Source: Chloroflexota bacterium
GTDB taxonomy: Bacteria > Chloroflexota > UBA11872
Direction of reading: 5' to 3'
DNA: 64,000 nucleotides
Assembly: GCA_022824865.1 (NCBI GenBank)
Contig: JAJDZD010000053.1
Span: 1,462 to 65,461, forward strand
This document shows positions 61,701-64,000 of this stretch, piece by piece. The position numbers and the translations under genes were made by a program. The first letter of the stretch is position 1. Every line of letters starts with the position of its first letter. The notes beneath the pieces are model-generated. The model saw only the letters and a program-made list of their open reading frames with translations. It was not told the origin of the DNA and ran no database searches.

Positions 61701-64000
61701 AAGAACCTCGTGCAGTGGACGCCGGACGGATCGCGAATTCTCTTCGGCGTGGGTCCGAAGATATTTCAAGTGCAGGCGGATGGATCGGGACTTCGGCACC
61801 TCGTCGACGCCAGCACTCACATGCGCCAGGTCGCCGGAGCGGCATACGAAGACTGGGCGCTGCACGCCATCCAGATCTCGCCGGACGGGAAGAATCTGGC
61901 CTATTCAACGTTCGAACATCCGGATCGCCCCGCAGGTCGTTCGCTGCCAGACGCGTTTGAATACGAGATTGGAACACTGCAGATTGACGGAGAGCATCGG
62001 AAGTCGTTAACGAGAAACTACGCTTATGATGACTATCCGGCCTGGTCTCCCGATGGCTCGCGGGTTGCATTTGTTCAGTGGGATTTTGACTCGGGCTACG
62101 GCATACGGACTGTCAATACGGACGGCACAGAAGAATCTGTAGCAGTTCCGGGCTATCTGCTGCCTCGTGCCGCCACGCATAGGCAGACGCCTGTCTGGTC
62201 GCCCAATGGCCGGTATCTTGCGTTTGTGGGTGTCGAGAGAGAATTAGGACTTGGCCGGGCCATCTACACAGTCGGAGCCGACGGTTCGGACCTGCGGTTT
62301 CTGACGGAAACAGCAAGCCCCGCATCATGGTCGCCAGATGGCAAGCGAATAGCCTTCGCTAAACCGGACGGCGACAAGCTGGCACTCTTTACGATCGCCG
62401 CGGACGGTTCTGACGTACAGCGAATCACCACCGTCGAACTGTCCAACGATCGGTTGAAGTACATCGCTGTCAACTATGAGCGAGACCCACCGGGTTCGTC
62501 CGGTTACAACGCAAGCAATGGATGGCAACCGCCGAACTTTGAGTCCTTGGATCCTGCGAGCATATGGTTGGAGACTCTGGCTTGGTCAGCGGACGGATCG
62601 ATGATCTTGTATAGCTGCGGAGCGTTGCTCTGCGTGGTAGCAACGAACGGTTCACCGATAGGCGCGTCGCCGTTTACGCTCAAGAACGGCATGGTCGGAG
62701 CCTGGTCGCCTGACGGGTCGCGCATCGTGGTCGCCAAGCTTGAGCTGCCTCGACCGGCCTACGACGACGGAATCGCACTCTTCAGCACGGCGCCTGACGG
62801 GACTGACGTCCGAATCCTGCTCCGGCACGACTCGGAAGGCGATCTTCACCCGTTGGGATCCAGCCGCGAGCACGCGCCTGCGGCGACCATCGGCTGCGCC
62901 GCTGGCCCTGCCGTACCCAATCCATCTGCCAACCCGAACCTGGTGCGAGACTGTCAGACCCTGCTGACGATTCGCGACACGCTTGCCGCGTCGCCGCCCT
63001 TGAATTGGAGTGGAGACCTCCCGATCACTGACTGGGAGGGCGTGGAAGTCGGCGGCGCCCCACTACGTGTACTGCGGCTCAAGCTCCCCCAGCGCGCCCT
63101 CAGCGGCGTAATCCCAGCCCAGCTGAGCTCTCTCACGCAACTTCAGGAGCTGGATCTCAGCTGGAATTTCCTGAGCGGTCCCATACCTTCGGAGTTGAGC
63201 AGCCTGGAGAATCTCCAATCGCTTCAGCTACACGCCAACTACCTCAGCGGCTACATTCCGCCTGCTCTAGGTCGCCTCACCCACCTGACTCTCCTGTCGC
63301 TTAGTTCCAACTTCCTCCAGGGCCCGATTCCCGTGGAGCTTGCTGGCCTGACACAGTTAGAGTTCCTTGATCTGGGATCAGCTCTGCTAACAGGACACAT
63401 CCCCGTAGAGCTCACTCGCCTCACCAACTTGCGATACCTCAACCTCGCAGGCAATCACTTAACCGGGACAATTCCTCCGGCTCTCGGCGATATACTCTTC
63501 CTCGACTCCCTGGTTCTTAGCCAGAATCAACTTACGGGTAACATTCCGCCGGAACTTGGACGGCTTCTATACCTCGGTGTACTCAAGCTAAACCACAATC
63601 AACTCACCGGACCGATTCCCTCTCAGCTTGGCAATCTGACGAATCTGCGCGAGTTGATGCTCAGCCACAATCAGTTGGACGGAACAATACCTGCCGAATT
63701 CGGGCAATTCTCAACCCTATGGCATCTACATCTCAACGACAACCAGCTAACAGGTGAGATTCCGGCTGAACTCGGCAATGTGACGTCAATGACCGAGTTG
63801 TATCTGCAAAACAACGGCTTGACCGGTCCGATCCCTCCGGCGATTGGACGACTCCACGAGCTCCAATACTTGAATGCAAGCGGGAATCGTCTATCGGGCT
63901 CACTTCCCCCGGAAATCGGAGAACTATCTTCACTGTCTAGTTTAGATCTAAGTGACAATCAGATTGGCGGTCTCATTCCGCCTGAAATCGGACAATTGTC
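58794..64000 (+). CDS. giant lipoprotein (partial): Pro/Thr linker, Cys-paired helical repeats, PQQ-like propeller, TolB-like propeller, plant-type LRRs
   Basis: Same frame at both ends and no stop in the stretches translated by hand (absent from ORF track, which needs a stop); LLSSC lipobox; A.D..TG...W repeats about 60355-61490; WSPDG repeats about 61700-62830; at least 12 24-aa LxGxIPxELGxLxxLxxLxLxxN repeats from about 63100; start codon uncertain. Confidence 0.9.
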   Translation, partial: MTLTSIWKNRRIAACVLLAFATAATLLSSCGPPAPAASPASPTPTTPVVASAVGTPSATTPSVENSRPPTTSPATRPAATAAPAPTSGLAPSPRPTAGPSPSPLPTASPTPTLAVTANPPEQAHARQIGFDLGDRSFYEATWRDVFETLSPPEQSCIRNELDAGQLTSALQGPLLRFFTFPAPWQVAFFRCLDHETGLFLLIYWLGEGSEGSTANSISCAQASLDEGDVVNYVAGTLLDADPDDVNLSRAVYRSLLECNIRPLRDQQPHSGGGGTKVTDLCIYSRFSETLQALMLGRTPEDISQSLQEQVFACLEADSVARLLFAVLPTAAGGVLPEQEDCVRNMFDDAAIARGILFPSNPDRAAATQELVDGLRTCIPELELSGEDAHPVERYMEHWSSNESSCLTVEVGETFLDLVLGKPFRPDPEIVMTVQSCFVLPTAAAISLAIVSQELDGLTGEHQTCVQSLLADTEFEIALLPGQRLASSPEFQDFASGYRACIADAIASGEKTTDDHPSGVLPLWRFSTGGTIAWAPSVNDGVAYVVSDDQIVYAIDAGTGEGMWTFDAGGEVRSPPVIADGVLYVESTSHVNGLNQVHALNVSTGELFWRFDAGPEAQPMPTVGDGLIYVNVRVGNALNTHALEARSGKVIWIADVPISIVNRLRPTVIGSRIFIAALGNKLHALDSATGAVAWTFAPDFYIAAPPVTAAGRVFLTAGTSIYALDEVTGRLIWQHDFSWSFWPDGQFLSHDIRPIVDEDTVYFTAGKSIYRLDAATGEVLWSFQVGGSIATPPAIEQGIVYIASTGNQIFANDPSKAHYKPEEIVWGIDLGNETLHSPTVASGVLYAQSSDGTLKAFDGATGYLLWESNVGDFPDNPSYTAVDNTVYSATSDGSVFAIATSPIPVPTEMQDVPETRESEQPQVPLTAQTSDDLASQDFDTYSMAFNDDGASINANRSGYELTMAANWEPPKNLVQWTPDGSRILFGVGPKIFQVQADGSGLRHLVDASTHMRQVAGAAYEDWALHAIQISPDGKNLAYSTFEHPDRPAGRSLPDAFEYEIGTLQIDGEHRKSLTRNYAYDDYPAWSPDGSRVAFVQWDFDSGYGIRTVNTDGTEESVAVPGYLLPRAATHRQTPVWSPNGRYLAFVGVERELGLGRAIYTVGADGSDLRFLTETASPASWSPDGKRIAFAKPDGDKLALFTIAADGSDVQRITTVELSNDRLKYIAVNYERDPPGSSGYNASNGWQPPNFESLDPASIWLETLAWSADGSMILYSCGALLCVVATNGSPIGASPFTLKNGMVGAWSPDGSRIVVAKLELPRPAYDDGIALFSTAPDGTDVRILLRHDSEGDLHPLGSSREHAPAATIGCAAGPAVPNPSANPNLVRDCQTLLTIRDTLAASPPLNWSGDLPITDWEGVEVGGAPLRVLRLKLPQRALSGVIPAQLSSLTQLQELDLSWNFLSGPIPSELSSLENLQSLQLHANYLSGYIPPALGRLTHLTLLSLSSNFLQGPIPVELAGLTQLEFLDLGSALLTGHIPVELTRLTNLRYLNLAGNHLTGTIPPALGDILFLDSLVLSQNQLTGNIPPELGRLLYLGVLKLNHNQLTGPIPSQLGNLTNLRELMLSHNQLDGTIPAEFGQFSTLWHLHLNDNQLTGEIPAELGNVTSMTELYLQNNGLTGPIPPAIGRLHELQYLNASGNRLSGSLPPEIGELSSLSSLDLSDNQIGGLIPPEIGQL

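Noticed and set aside
58233-63958. Many short ORFs listed in the track at the right end
   Set aside because: They are alternative frames of the single long plus-strand ORF or unassignable intergenic sequence
1-64000. tRNA/rRNA genes, integrases, intact transposases, prophage genes
   Set aside because: None recognised by eye; a tRNAscan/Infernal run would be needed to exclude RNA genes formally

Overview
High-GC bacterial chromosomal segment. A Chloroflexota, possibly sponge- or invertebrate-associated, origin is an inference from gene content and plant-type LRRs. The housekeeping backbone carries the sarcosine oxidase operon soxB(partial)-D-A-G, an ABC-2 exporter trio, UDG family 5, rpsF-ssb-rpsR, a PrsA-like PPIase, dnaE, a MoaD-like/aldehyde:ferredoxin oxidoreductase pair, a CDF, rodZ-like-pgsA, mnmG, gyrA and moaC. 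Accessory DNA is interleaved with it: five intact toxin-antitoxin modules plus one decayed one, an AlbA_2/Schlafen-HATPase protein with an unusual C-terminal beta domain, an IS1595 remnant, a MITE family with IS5-like ends (3 copies), REP-like palindrome clusters, and several single-gene cassettes bracketed by 100-300 bp direct repeats. A >1700-codon lipoprotein ORF (Cys-repeat, PQQ propeller, TolB propeller, plant-type LRR) runs off the right edge and is missing from the ORF track. The best candidate for an undescribed system is the four-gene operon at 41766-45794. It encodes three apparently distantly paralogous two-TM proteins (one fused to an HflK/SPFH-like domain) and an M14-carboxypeptidase-like protein lacking zinc ligands, directly upstream of rodZ-like and pgsA. 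All family assignments come from motif recognition by eye; no database searches were run.
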